A DNA stretch of 64,000 nucleotides. Origin: Bellilinea sp. (GTDB taxonomy: Bacteria; Chloroflexota; Anaerolineae; Anaerolineales; Anaerolineaceae). The stretch covers positions 19,971-83,970 of the forward strand of contig JAVSME010000011.1 in assembly GCA_039666315.1 (NCBI GenBank). The letters run 5' to 3'. A program made the position numbers and the translations under genes. Within the stretch, counting starts at the first letter, position 1, and each line of letters starts with the position of its first letter. Under the pieces are notes generated by a model. It was not told the origin of the DNA, made no database searches, and saw only the letters and a list, made by a program, of their open reading frames with translations. Shown here piece by piece: positions 1 through 9,270 of this stretch.

Positions 1-413
1 TCCACGTCCTCGCGCAGAATGCCGATCAGCGTCTCATGATCGTTGAGCAGGTTCGTGATCATCGTCATCGCGTCCGGGTACTCGCCGGGGTGCTCGCTCA
101 GGCGGGTCAGCGCCAGGTATTCGCTCAACGTGCCCACCGCCTTGCCGCCTAACATGCGGGCGCGCTCGGCGATTTCATCCACGCTCTCTCCAATCTGATC
201 GTACTGTTCGCCAAACAACTTATGAAGCGGGTCGAATGCCTCGCCCAGCACGTTCCAGTGGTAATTGTGTGCTTTGAGCATGAGAACGTGCTCGTCCGCC
301 AGCAGGCGGTTGAGCATATCAATAACAGCCTTGCGGTCCGCTTCATCAATTTGGATGTCCGGTTGGATAGCATCCATCATTATTTTTCCTGTTTTTTCTT
401 GCGTATTAGCCAT
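1..413 (-). CDS. dps: Dps-family DNA protection/ferritin-like protein (runs off the window start)
   Basis: Not in the ORF track. Manual translation gives MANTQEKTGK...LLADEHVLMLKAHNYHWNVLGEAFDPLHKLFGEQYDQIGESVDEIAER, with the Dps HWNV, LH and DEIAER ferroxidase motifs. AGGAGGA RBS at 421-427. Confidence 0.93.
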   Translation of the reverse strand, partial: MANTQEKTGKIMMDAIQPDIQIDEADRKAVIDMLNRLLADEHVLMLKAHNYHWNVLGEAFDPLHKLFGEQYDQIGESVDEIAERARMLGGKAVGTLSEYLALTRLSEHPGEYPDAMTMITNLLNDHETLIGILREDV

Positions 414-435
414 GATTCGTTCCTCCTGAACTGAG

Positions 436-882
436 TTAAAACCGATTTGAAACCGTATGGCAGTCGGCACAGGTGCCGTACAGATCCATGCGGTATGTCG
501 AAACTCGAAAGGCAGCCCGGCGCTGCAACGCAGTGACAACCGCCTCCACTTCTACACTCTCACCGTCAAAAATCCTCCCGCAGCGGGTGCAAATCAGGTG
601 CGGGTGCGGTTCGGGACGCTGAGCATCATAACGGTTGCCCACCTCGCTCCCCGTGATTTCGATTACTTCGCCTAATTCCTTAAGCAGGGCAATGGTCTTG
701 TAAACGGTTGCCAGGCTGGTCATGGGAAAATCCAGGCACACTCGCCGGTAAACCTGTTCAACGGTGGGATGATCCGCGGCGTTCAGAAACGCCCTGAGAA
801 TGGCAACCCGTTGAGGAGTGGTACGCTGCCCCCTTTGATGCAACCGTTCAAGCAAATCACGCAATCGAGTTTCTATATCCAC
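436..882 (-). CDS. Fur-family transcriptional regulator, probably PerR-like
   Basis: TPQR..IL, HPT, SLATVYKT helix, HPHLICTRCG and C-terminal CxxC zinc site. Lies directly upstream of dps. Confidence 0.9.
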   Translation of the reverse strand: MDIETRLRDLLERLHQRGQRTTPQRVAILRAFLNAADHPTVEQVYRRVCLDFPMTSLATVYKTIALLKELGEVIEITGSEVGNRYDAQRPEPHPHLICTRCGRIFDGESVEVEAVVTALQRRAAFRVSTYRMDLYGTCADCHTVSNRF

Positions 883-897
883 ATCAACTTTCCTTAT

Positions 898-934
898 GGA
901 AAATGATTATCTATGGATAATTATAATCAATTCA
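898..934. promoter_or_regulatory. Fur/PerR-box-like AT-rich operator upstream of the regulator-dps pair
   Basis: GATAATTATAATCAATTCA (916-934) matches 14/19 of the Fur consensus GATAATGATAATCATTATC. A second GATAATCATT half-site lies on the minus strand at 902-911. Confidence 0.55.
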
Positions 935-1102
935 GTTATTCGTGTCAACCCCCTAGCGGAAAATCGCCTGTTTTTCTGCCCGCTTTAACGGCTTTCAGCG
1001 CGCGGACATTCGCGCGCTGAAAAACGCAGCCAACCTCCTCAGCCATCACCCGCGAGCAGGAGTTCGACGCTCAGGCGTACATTGATTAATCCAAAGTCTC
1101 AC

Positions 1103-2095
1103 TCAAGGCATGAATAATTGCACAATCAATCCCACCAGCAAAAGCAAGCCATAACTGCGGTTTTGATAAAATGCCGAGGCGACAAAATACAGCGGCCAGG
1201 AGGCTGCCAGCCGTTCGTCGCTGGGTTTTTCGCTCGGGCGCGGGCGCAAGAAGACCTTCAGCACCGGCGGCAGATAATACCAGGCAAACAAAACAATCAA
1301 CATGACTGGTGAAAAGTAGCCTGCTATAACCAGCGTGATCACCGAGAGGTATTGCAGCGCGATCATGCCCAGAACCGTGTAGCGCGAAGCAGTCTCGCCC
1401 AGGATGACCGGCAATGTACGAATGCCTTTCTCCTGATCCTGCTTCAACTTATCAATATGCTTGCCAAAGATGACCGTCGTTGGACCTAGCGCATAGGCTA
1501 ACGAAGCCAGCGCCACATACCAGTCCCAGCGTCCCGTAATTACAAAATAACCGCCGCCGATCATCAGCGGACCCCAAACGATTAACACCGCAATTTCACC
1601 CAAACCGACGTATTTGAGCGGAAAAGTGTAGAACAGGACGAACACTGCGCCTGCCAGCAGCAGCCAGAAAGCCAGCCAGCCGTTGATTGTCACCAGATAC
1701 ATGCCTGCCGCCAGGGCAATCAACCCGGTCACCGCGGTGTACAGCAGGTGAGTTTTGCGGCTCCACAATCCCTGTTCCAATGGCTGGGGTCCGTATTGAG
1801 TACGGTAATAATTATCCGTATCCACCCCGCGCGAGTAATCCGTCAGGTCGTTGAGCAAATTATTGGTTGCATGGGCAAACAGCAAGCCAATCACCAGCAT
1901 CAACCAACGCAGCCCATCGAATTCGCCAGCCCGCACCGCCAGCAAACCAGCAATGGCTGCCGAAATAAACGTCATAATGAGAACCGCCGCCCGAGTGGAG
2001 ATCAACCACTTGGAAATAACGTCCAGCCGTCGCCATTCATCCCGCTCGATGCGCGGAATGACCTGCAATGCCTTTACCCACATTTTCACGTTCAT
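1103..2095 (-). CDS. menA: 1,4-dihydroxy-2-naphthoate prenyltransferase (UbiA/MenA family)
   Basis: NLLNDLTDYSRGVD and D..QD.EKGIRTL Asp-rich motifs, multiple TM helices. Start moved to the ATG at 2095 (RBS AGAGGT). Confidence 0.8.
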   Translation of the reverse strand: MNVKMWVKALQVIPRIERDEWRRLDVISKWLISTRAAVLIMTFISAAIAGLLAVRAGEFDGLRWLMLVIGLLFAHATNNLLNDLTDYSRGVDTDNYYRTQYGPQPLEQGLWSRKTHLLYTAVTGLIALAAGMYLVTINGWLAFWLLLAGAVFVLFYTFPLKYVGLGEIAVLIVWGPLMIGGGYFVITGRWDWYVALASLAYALGPTTVIFGKHIDKLKQDQEKGIRTLPVILGETASRYTVLGMIALQYLSVITLVIAGYFSPVMLIVLFAWYYLPPVLKVFLRPRPSEKPSDERLAASWPLYFVASAFYQNRSYGLLLLVGLIVQLFMP

Positions 2096-2258
2096 ACGAT
2101 TACCTCTATTTAGATAATTATTGTCCTTATTATGCCACACAACTGCGCGCCAGTTAAGGGTGTCAAACCTTTCTCATTCAACCTTAACCTGGATTAAGGA
2201 CTACAAGGCGCTCTCATTCGGGCGGCGCAGATGGGCGGTTTGTTGCAGCCTTCTCAAT

Positions 2259-3026
2259 TTACTCTTTGGCGGGTGACGGACGCAGCGGCAGGAACCACAT
2301 TCCCGCGTGAGGATCCTCTTCTTCGATCACCCGTTGCGGCTCGAAAACCGCCAGCCAGGCGGTGTACGCCGCTGCCAGGGCATTCAGTTCCGGCGGCGCG
2401 TACAGCATCTCAAAGGGCAGTTTGCCCAACAATAACCGGTGGCCGGTTATTTCTTCAAAAAAATCCAGCGGATTGCGAACCGGTAATTTTTCCTGATACA
2501 GCGCCAATTGACGTTGCAGCCGACCCTCCAGCGAGCGCGATTCAAACAGCCGTCCCCCGGTCAGCGCCGTGTATGCCGCCGTAACAGAAACTCGCAGCCA
2601 TTGCCGGCTGCTATCCGTGCGTGGGAAAGGCTGGTAATTCAGTTGTTGGAGTTGGTGCAACACATCGTTGGCGCGTTGTCGCGCGCTGCGGCTTTCTCTT
2701 TCACGGTATGCGCCAGCAAGCACAGATTGCGGATTTTCGATCCATTCCGCCGCCTCGCGGCGCGCCTTGCCAAATACACCCTCGTCGCAATCCGCAAACA
2801 GTTGTTGCTGAACTTCCATTTTATCGGGTTCTTTACGCGGGATCGAAACAACATGTACTGCCGCCAACGCCTGGCTTTGCCCGGCAGCAAAAGCGAGGAC
2901 ATCGCTGAGTTTTCCCCCACCAATCGCCAGGATTCGTTTATCCGCGTCCAACGCAACATAGACCATCATGCCCCGCCCGCTGCCCGGGTCAATTCCAATG
3001 AATACGGCGTTCGAATCGGCAAACAT
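2259..3026 (-). CDS. DUF429-like RNase H-fold protein, probably degenerate
   Basis: N-terminal FIGID strand and C-terminal 'ELNALAAAYTAW' resemble the DUF429 family. Start uncertain. Confidence 0.55.
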   Translation of the reverse strand: MFADSNAVFIGIDPGSGRGMMVYVALDADKRILAIGGGKLSDVLAFAAGQSQALAAVHVVSIPRKEPDKMEVQQQLFADCDEGVFGKARREAAEWIENPQSVLAGAYRERESRSARQRANDVLHQLQQLNYQPFPRTDSSRQWLRVSVTAAYTALTGGRLFESRSLEGRLQRQLALYQEKLPVRNPLDFFEEITGHRLLLGKLPFEMLYAPPELNALAAAYTAWLAVFEPQRVIEEEDPHAGMWFLPLRPSPAKE

Positions 3027-3130
3027 AGGTATAGTGTAGATCAGAATGTATCCCAACGCAACCGCGCCAGGCTTTACGTCTCCCTTGACGGAAACAAACA
3101 TTGACCTTTACAATAAATTTTGGATAATTT

Positions 3131-4225
3131 ATGTCAAATATTAAAAGTTTTCAACGGATAAGTTCATGCCTGCTGATCCTGCTGTTGGCTGTTGGCTGCC
3201 AATCCGCGCAAGCAAACCTGCCGCCGCCTTCTGTAACAACTGCCAAAACCACGCCCATCCCATTGCTTACTCCCAGCAACACGCTGGTGCCCAGCCCAAC
3301 CGCCACCTCGACGATCACCCCCAGCCCTACAGCCACCCTTCATCCACTCACCATCGAATCACTGCGCATGATATCCTTTCCAGGCAGCCCGATCACCTTT
3401 GAGCAGCGCCTGGAAAACGGCGCCAACCATGAACGCCACCTGGTCTCCTACCAGTCAGAAGGGTTGAAAATTTACGCGCTGATGACCATCCCCCTGGGTG
3501 ATCCGCCGCCAGGTGGTTTTCCCGCCATTATTTTTAATCACGGCTACATTCCACCGCGCGAATACCGCACCACCGAACGCTATGTTGCTTATGTCAATGG
3601 CTTTGCCAGTCGCGGCTACGTCGTCTTCCGCCCCGATTACCGCGGGCACGGCAATTCGGAGGGTGAAGCACGCGGCGCATACAGCAACCCGGACTACACC
3701 ATAGACGTGCTCAACGCCCTGGCTTCGGTGCGCGCCTATCCGCAAGTCAACCCGGAAAAAATCGGCATGTGGGGACATTCGATGGGCGGTCATTTAACCC
3801 TGCGCTCGATGGTGGTGTCGCCGCATATTCGCGCTGGGGTCATCTGGGCGGGGGTAATCGGGTCGTACGAGGACATGATGTACCGTTGGCGCGCTACGCC
3901 TGTGCCAACCATCTCAGCCACCAGCCGCCGCTTTGCGCGCCAATTAATCGAAACCTACGGATCGCCAGAGCAAAATCCCTCTTTTTGGGATTCAATCTCA
4001 CCGATCAACTTCGTGTCTGCTTTGAGTGGTCCAATCCAGCTGCATCACGCGGTGGAAGATTCGGTCGTACCGGTTTACTTTTCCGAGCGGGTGTACGCCG
4101 CTGCTCAAGCCGCCGGAATGCCGGTTGAATTCTACACATATGCCGGGGACGATCACAACATCGCGAATGCCTTTAGCCTGGCAATGCAGCGCTCGATAGA
4201 TTTCTTTGACCGCTATTTGAAGTAA
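3131..4225 (+). CDS. Secreted lipoprotein alpha/beta hydrolase (S9 peptidase-like)
   Basis: Lipobox LAVGC, Pro/Thr linker, GHSMGG nucleophile elbow, D (EDSVVP) and H (DDHN) of the triad. Confidence 0.85.
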   Translation: MSNIKSFQRISSCLLILLLAVGCQSAQANLPPPSVTTAKTTPIPLLTPSNTLVPSPTATSTITPSPTATLHPLTIESLRMISFPGSPITFEQRLENGANHERHLVSYQSEGLKIYALMTIPLGDPPPGGFPAIIFNHGYIPPREYRTTERYVAYVNGFASRGYVVFRPDYRGHGNSEGEARGAYSNPDYTIDVLNALASVRAYPQVNPEKIGMWGHSMGGHLTLRSMVVSPHIRAGVIWAGVIGSYEDMMYRWRATPVPTISATSRRFARQLIETYGSPEQNPSFWDSISPINFVSALSGPIQLHHAVEDSVVPVYFSERVYAAAQAAGMPVEFYTYAGDDHNIANAFSLAMQRSIDFFDRYLK

Positions 4226-4297
4226 GCCGCCGCTGGACCACTTTTCTTAAAAAACCGGCTTGACGTACCTCCACACTTGGGTTAGGATAATCGAGGC

Positions 4298-4708
4298 ATG
4301 TCTTGGTTACCCTTTAAACGATGTGTGATTCTGTTTTTTGCGGATAGCCTGGTATTACTGGCTGTCACGCTGCTTGGATTCGCGACTCACAACAGCAGCC
4401 TGAGCGGTGGACGCTGGCTGACCACCTTTTTGCCTTTGTTGTTCGCCTGGCTGGCAGCCGCGCCCGCGCTGGGCTTGTACTCCCCCGGCATCGCCGATCA
4501 GAACCGTCAGGCGTGGCGGGCAGCCCTGGCAGCGCTGCTGGCAGCCCCGCTGGCGGTGCTGGTGCGCGGTTTATGGCTGCAAGGGATGATTGTGCCGGTT
4601 TTTGGTCTGGTGCTGATGGCTGTCACCGCCGCGGGGATGATACTCTGGCGGCTCACCTGGATAGCGCTGGCTGCGAGAAGGAAGGACGCATGGACGAAGC
4701 CGGCTTGA
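4298..4708 (+). CDS. DUF3054-like small membrane protein
   Basis: D..........GFATH motif, T.LP, four hydrophobic helices ending in WR. Confidence 0.65.
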   Translation: MSWLPFKRCVILFFADSLVLLAVTLLGFATHNSSLSGGRWLTTFLPLLFAWLAAAPALGLYSPGIADQNRQAWRAALAALLAAPLAVLVRGLWLQGMIVPVFGLVLMAVTAAGMILWRLTWIALAARRKDAWTKPA

Positions 4709-5304
4709 TTCAAGACGCATTGCGCGGAGATCTGGATGCCTTCAACCGGCTGGTGTTGGCCTACCAGGACATGGCATATAACCTGGCATACCGCATGTTA
4801 AGCGACAGCAATTCCGCCGAGGATGCCACCCAAACTGCTTTCATCTCAGCCTACCGCCATCTGAAGCAATATCGCGGCGGTTCGTTTCGCGCCTGGGTAT
4901 TGCGCATGGTCACCAATACCTGCTACGATGAATTGCGCCGCCGCCAGCGCCATCCTTCCATCCCGCTGGAACCAATCAACAACGACGAAGAGGAGGAGAT
5001 CGAATCACCCATCTGGCTGGCGGATCACAATCCCACCCCGGACGAAGAAATCGAAGCCCGCGAACTGGAAGCCGCCATTCAGCACTGCATCCAGGAATTG
5101 CCCGACGAATTTCGAGCAGTGGTTATCCTGGTTGATGTGCAGGGAATGGACTACAGAGAAGTTTCTCAGGTGGTAGGCAAGCCGCTCGGCACAATCAAAA
5201 GCAGGCTGGCTCGCGCCCGCATGCGGCTGCGCGAATGTCTGGCCGGATTTGCGGAACTTTTACCGGTACAATTTCGTCTTGGAAAAGAGGCAGAATTACA
5301 ATGA
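4690..5304 (+). CDS. ECF (sigma-70 family) RNA polymerase sigma factor
   Basis: GDLDAFNRLV, AEDATQ, FRAWVLRMVTN, region 4 'LGTIKSRLARAR'. ATG at 4690 after an AGGA RBS. Confidence 0.93.
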   Translation: MDEAGLIQDALRGDLDAFNRLVLAYQDMAYNLAYRMLSDSNSAEDATQTAFISAYRHLKQYRGGSFRAWVLRMVTNTCYDELRRRQRHPSIPLEPINNDEEEEIESPIWLADHNPTPDEEIEARELEAAIQHCIQELPDEFRAVVILVDVQGMDYREVSQVVGKPLGTIKSRLARARMRLRECLAGFAELLPVQFRLGKEAELQ

Positions 5305-6173
5305 AAGAGCAGCTGACTTCCCAGGAATGGATCCTGCTCTCTTCCTATCTGGATGGAGAGCTAAACCCGCAAGAAAAAATGCGGGTTGAAGCCCTGCTCC
5401 AAAACAATCCCCACATACAGGCAGCTTACGAATCGCTGGCAAAAACCAAAGCAGTTTTGCGCAGCGCCCCGCGCCGCAAAGCACCGCGCAATTTCACCCT
5501 TTCACCGGCAGTTGCGCAACAGCCCCAGCGGATTTTCCAGTGGGTGCCCGCCTTGCGCTTCTCATCGGCTATCGCTGCGCTGGCAGCAGTGTTTATGTTC
5601 GTCAGCCAGTTGATGCCTGGTCTGGCAGTCCGACCGCTGACCGCCGAGCAGCCGGCAATGGAAATAATGGCAATACCCCAGGCAAACGGCGAGGAAAACC
5701 TGATCAGTCCTGAATCCGTAGCGCAAACAACCCCGCCGGTGGTCTTTTGGGGCGGTCCGCCGCACCCGCCTTCCACTGCTTATGGTTTAGGCGGCGCGGA
5801 TACCGCACCGGGAGATCATCCTTTCGTGGGCGGCATGGGCGGTGGAGGTGAAGATCCAAGCCTCAAAGGACCGCCCTTGCCCGAGTCCGCTTCTCGAGCC
5901 ACCATTGATCTGATACCGCAGGATACGCCCGTAGAGCCCTTGCCCCTGGAAGGCAGCGGTCCAATCCTGGGGGTGCGGGAATTGGAAGCCCAGGGGCAAA
6001 CCATGCCGGATGCTCGGCAAAATTTTGCGTCGGATGCGGTCACCGAACAAGAGGCTGTCACCGCCGTAAGCGCGCCCCATCCCGAAGCCCTTTGGCTGAT
6101 CGCATCCGGGCTGTTGGCATTGGCGGTTGGTCTCTGGTTGGTATCAATATTTTTAAAGAAGAAATCCCTGTGA
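5301..6173 (+). CDS. Membrane-anchored anti-sigma factor
   Basis: LSSYLDGEL anti-sigma domain start, central and C-terminal TM helices. ATGA overlap with the sigma gene. Confidence 0.8.
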   Translation: MKEQLTSQEWILLSSYLDGELNPQEKMRVEALLQNNPHIQAAYESLAKTKAVLRSAPRRKAPRNFTLSPAVAQQPQRIFQWVPALRFSSAIAALAAVFMFVSQLMPGLAVRPLTAEQPAMEIMAIPQANGEENLISPESVAQTTPPVVFWGGPPHPPSTAYGLGGADTAPGDHPFVGGMGGGGEDPSLKGPPLPESASRATIDLIPQDTPVEPLPLEGSGPILGVRELEAQGQTMPDARQNFASDAVTEQEAVTAVSAPHPEALWLIASGLLALAVGLWLVSIFLKKKSL

Positions 6174-6658
6174 CGCCGGCAGAGTTCGTCTATTGCCCGC
6201 AGTGCGCAGCGCGGTTGACCGTCCAACTGGCGTTCGGCAAAACTCGCCAGGTTTGCCCGCAATGCGGTTTCATCAACTTTAGCGACCCGAAAGTTGCCGC
6301 GGGCGTGCTGGTTGAACAAAACGGACACGTACTGCTGGTGCGCAGAACCAACGAGCCAATGCAAGGCTTGTGGAGTATCCCGGCTGGCTTCGTTGATGCG
6401 CTCGAAGATCCGCAGGAAGCCGCAGTACGCGAATGCCGCGAGGAAACCGGGCTGGAGGTACGCCTGACGGGTTTATTGGACGTGATCAGCGGGCGCGAGC
6501 ACAACCGCGGCGCAGATATTGTCATCGTTTACCGGGCAGAGATTACCGGCGGAGCCTTAACCGCCGGCGATGACGCCGACCAGGCTGTGTTTTTTCCGCG
6601 CGACCAATTACCTCCGCTGGCATTCCGGGCAACCAGGCGCGTGCTGGGCGTAGTCTAA
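6170..6658 (+). CDS. NUDIX hydrolase with N-terminal zinc ribbon
   Basis: CPQC...CPQC and Nudix box GFVDALEDPQEAAVRECREETG. GTG start overlaps the anti-sigma stop. Confidence 0.9.
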   Translation: MTPAEFVYCPQCAARLTVQLAFGKTRQVCPQCGFINFSDPKVAAGVLVEQNGHVLLVRRTNEPMQGLWSIPAGFVDALEDPQEAAVRECREETGLEVRLTGLLDVISGREHNRGADIVIVYRAEITGGALTAGDDADQAVFFPRDQLPPLAFRATRRVLGVV

Positions 6659-6716
6659 ACTCACCGCGCATCGAGATTCCATCCTGCCAATCGGGCGGGT
6701 TTTTTCGAATTGAGAC

Positions 6717-6740
6717 TATAATTTAGTAGAACACCTTTTC
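6717..6740 (+). promoter_or_regulatory. ftsK -10 element followed by a LexA-box-like site
   Basis: TATAAT at 6717-6722, then GAAC-ACCT-TTTC at 6729-6740, one mismatch to the GAAC-N4-GTTC box. Confidence 0.4.
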
Positions 6741-6743
6741 CGA

Positions 6744-9134
6744 TTGGAGACCACTGCGGTGGCAAAACCATCCCCTAAAGGCAAAAAACCGCCCGCCGTG
6801 CCCTCGCGGGGCAAAGCGGTAATGCGGACATCATCACGCAAATCGAGTCCAACAGGCGCGAAGGCGCATTCACGCCGCGCTCAATCCGGGTCGCCGCGCT
6901 TTTCGTGGGGCAGTCTTTCGCTGGACCGCAAACTGGATATCCTGGGCATTTTTCTCGCGTTGACCGGTCTGCTCACCTTGCTCAGCCTGGTCTCGCCGCA
7001 GCGCGGAGAAGTGACCAGCGCCTGGATTACTTTCCTCACTCAGGTTGCAGGTTGGGGGGCTTTTCTTCTGCCATTGATCTTGATCCTGGCAGGGTTGTGG
7101 CTGGTGTTTCGTCATTTTGACCGGCTTCCTCGCCTTACCGCCGAGCGCGTGCTGGGCAGCGTTTTGCTCTTTCTAAACCTTCTGACCTGGTTTCACCTCA
7201 TTGCCGGCGGCGAATGGGAACTGGCAGCGCAGGGCAGTGGCGGTGGTTATATCGGCGCGTTCTTCCTGCGCCTGTTTGCCTCCACTGTCGGCAGCGCGGG
7301 CAGTCTGGTCATCCTGATTGCCTGGCTGCTGATTGCAATTGTGTTCGCCTTTGACCTCTCCATTCCTGAACTGATCCGCCGCGCGCAGCCATTGGCGTCC
7401 AGCCTGCAAAAGCAGATCAAAGCGCAGCTGCGGCGGGAAAACCCCAGCCATGCCGCGCCAAATCAACCGGACGAGGAATCACTGCCGGCAGATTTTCAAC
7501 CCCTGCCCGGGCGCGCCCGCGAGCAAGCCGCTGCGCCGCGCCGCGAAAAACCCGCCCCGCCGGTAACCCCTGCCCACGGCGCGGAGCCCGACATCCAGCC
7601 GGCAATTAATACAGACCTTCCTCAACCCACAATTCGCAAGGTCAGCCCGCCGCCGGTTGCGTGGACATTGCCGGCGGTTGAGTCCATCCTCGACCCCGCC
7701 ACCCCGGCTGCCCAGCAATCCAACCTGGAACAGGAACGGGCAAAGTTGATTGAAGAAACGCTGGCCTCTTTTGGTGCGCCGGTGCATGTGGTGGATATTT
7801 CCCGCGGTCCCACCGTCACCCGCTTTGGAGTCGAGCCGGATTTCATCGAAACCCGTTCGGGGCGTACCCGCGTGCGCGTCGCTAAAATCGCCTCCCTGGC
7901 GGATGACCTGGCGCTGGCGCTGGCTGCGCCGCGCATCCGCATCCAGGCGCCGGTGCCCGGCAGGGCGTACGTTGGCATCGAGGTACCCAATACCGAGATC
8001 AGCCGCGTTTCGTTGCGCGAAGTGCTGGAAAGCGAAACCTTCAAACGCATTCGTTCGGTGCTGCGCTTTGCGCTCGGCAAGGATGTCGCCGGAAAACCCA
8101 CCGCCAGTGACCTGAGCGCCTTGCCTCACCTGTTGATCGCTGGCACCACCGGGTCGGGCAAATCGGTATGCGTCAACTCCATCCTTACCTGTCTGCTGCT
8201 CAACAACACCCCCGCGGAGATGCGCCTGATATTGGTGGATCCCAAACGGGTTGAGTTAACCGGCTACAACGGCATCCCTCATTTGCTTGCGCCAGTGGTA
8301 GTGGAAACCGAACGGGTCATTGGCGCCCTGCAATGGCTGCAACGCGAGATGGATGCCCGTTACCACAAGTTTTCTCAGTCCGGCGCACGCAATATCCAAG
8401 ACTATAACAACCGCAAACCAGCCGATCGTCTGCCGTACCTGGTGGCGGTGATTGACGAGCTGGCTGACTTGATGATGCTCGCTCCAGATGAAACCGAGCG
8501 TGCTATCACCCGTCTGGCGCAGTTAGCCCGCGCCACCGGCATCCACCTGATTCTGGCAACCCAGCGCCCCTCGGTGGATGTCGTCACCGGTCTGATCAAA
8601 GCCAATTTTCCCGCCCGCGTCGCCTTTGCTGTAGCCTCCTCAGTGGACAGCCGGGTAATTCTCGACCAGCCCGGCGCAGAACGCCTGCTTGGACGCGGAG
8701 ATATGCTTTTCCAGGCGCCGGACGCCCCCGCACCGGTGCGTTTACAGGGTGTTTTCGTTTCCGATTCAGAAATTCAGCGGCTGGTGGATTACTGGCGCAC
8801 CCAGTCAGCCGCTTTACGCGAGCAAAGCGCTTCTGCCAGCCAACCGGTTGGAGTGGATATGCTGCCTTCAGGTTTACCGCTCAAGCAAGCGCCTCTTTGG
8901 GAAGAAGAAGACAGCAGCGGTGACCCGCTGGTAAAGGAAGCCGTTGAACTGGTGCGCCGCGAGGGCCGCGCCTCAATTACCATGCTGCAACGGCGCATGC
9001 GCATCGGTTATACCCGCGCTGCGCGGTTGATAGACACCCTGGAAGAAAAGGGAATCATTTCCCCAGCGCTGCCCAATTCGCAAGTGCGCGAGGTGCTGGA
9101 TTACGGCGCGACCGCCCCGCCAAAGGAAAATTGA
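6744..9134 (+). CDS. ftsK: DNA translocase FtsK/SpoIIIE
   Basis: N-terminal TM region, Walker A GTTGSGKS, IDELADLMM, ATQRPSVDV, gamma domain LQRRMRIGYTRAARLID. Exact start uncertain. Confidence 0.96.
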   Translation: METTAVAKPSPKGKKPPAVPSRGKAVMRTSSRKSSPTGAKAHSRRAQSGSPRFSWGSLSLDRKLDILGIFLALTGLLTLLSLVSPQRGEVTSAWITFLTQVAGWGAFLLPLILILAGLWLVFRHFDRLPRLTAERVLGSVLLFLNLLTWFHLIAGGEWELAAQGSGGGYIGAFFLRLFASTVGSAGSLVILIAWLLIAIVFAFDLSIPELIRRAQPLASSLQKQIKAQLRRENPSHAAPNQPDEESLPADFQPLPGRAREQAAAPRREKPAPPVTPAHGAEPDIQPAINTDLPQPTIRKVSPPPVAWTLPAVESILDPATPAAQQSNLEQERAKLIEETLASFGAPVHVVDISRGPTVTRFGVEPDFIETRSGRTRVRVAKIASLADDLALALAAPRIRIQAPVPGRAYVGIEVPNTEISRVSLREVLESETFKRIRSVLRFALGKDVAGKPTASDLSALPHLLIAGTTGSGKSVCVNSILTCLLLNNTPAEMRLILVDPKRVELTGYNGIPHLLAPVVVETERVIGALQWLQREMDARYHKFSQSGARNIQDYNNRKPADRLPYLVAVIDELADLMMLAPDETERAITRLAQLARATGIHLILATQRPSVDVVTGLIKANFPARVAFAVASSVDSRVILDQPGAERLLGRGDMLFQAPDAPAPVRLQGVFVSDSEIQRLVDYWRTQSAALREQSASASQPVGVDMLPSGLPLKQAPLWEEEDSSGDPLVKEAVELVRREGRASITMLQRRMRIGYTRAARLIDTLEEKGIISPALPNSQVREVLDYGATAPPKEN

Positions 9135-9270
9135 GTTTATCCGTAAAACGGCTTTACCCCGCTCATATCCGGTCGTAGAAAAACGCGGGTCAAATCGAGC
9201 GGTTAACCGCATCCATTGACCCGCGCCAAATTCTTTCTGATAGTGAAATTCGGCTGTCTTGATCCCGTCA

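Noticed and set aside
2108-2142. dif-like site (GTGTGGCATAA...TTATCTAAAT on the minus strand)
   Set aside because: Arm spacing is far from the 6-bp core. It is better explained as the menA extended -10 region.
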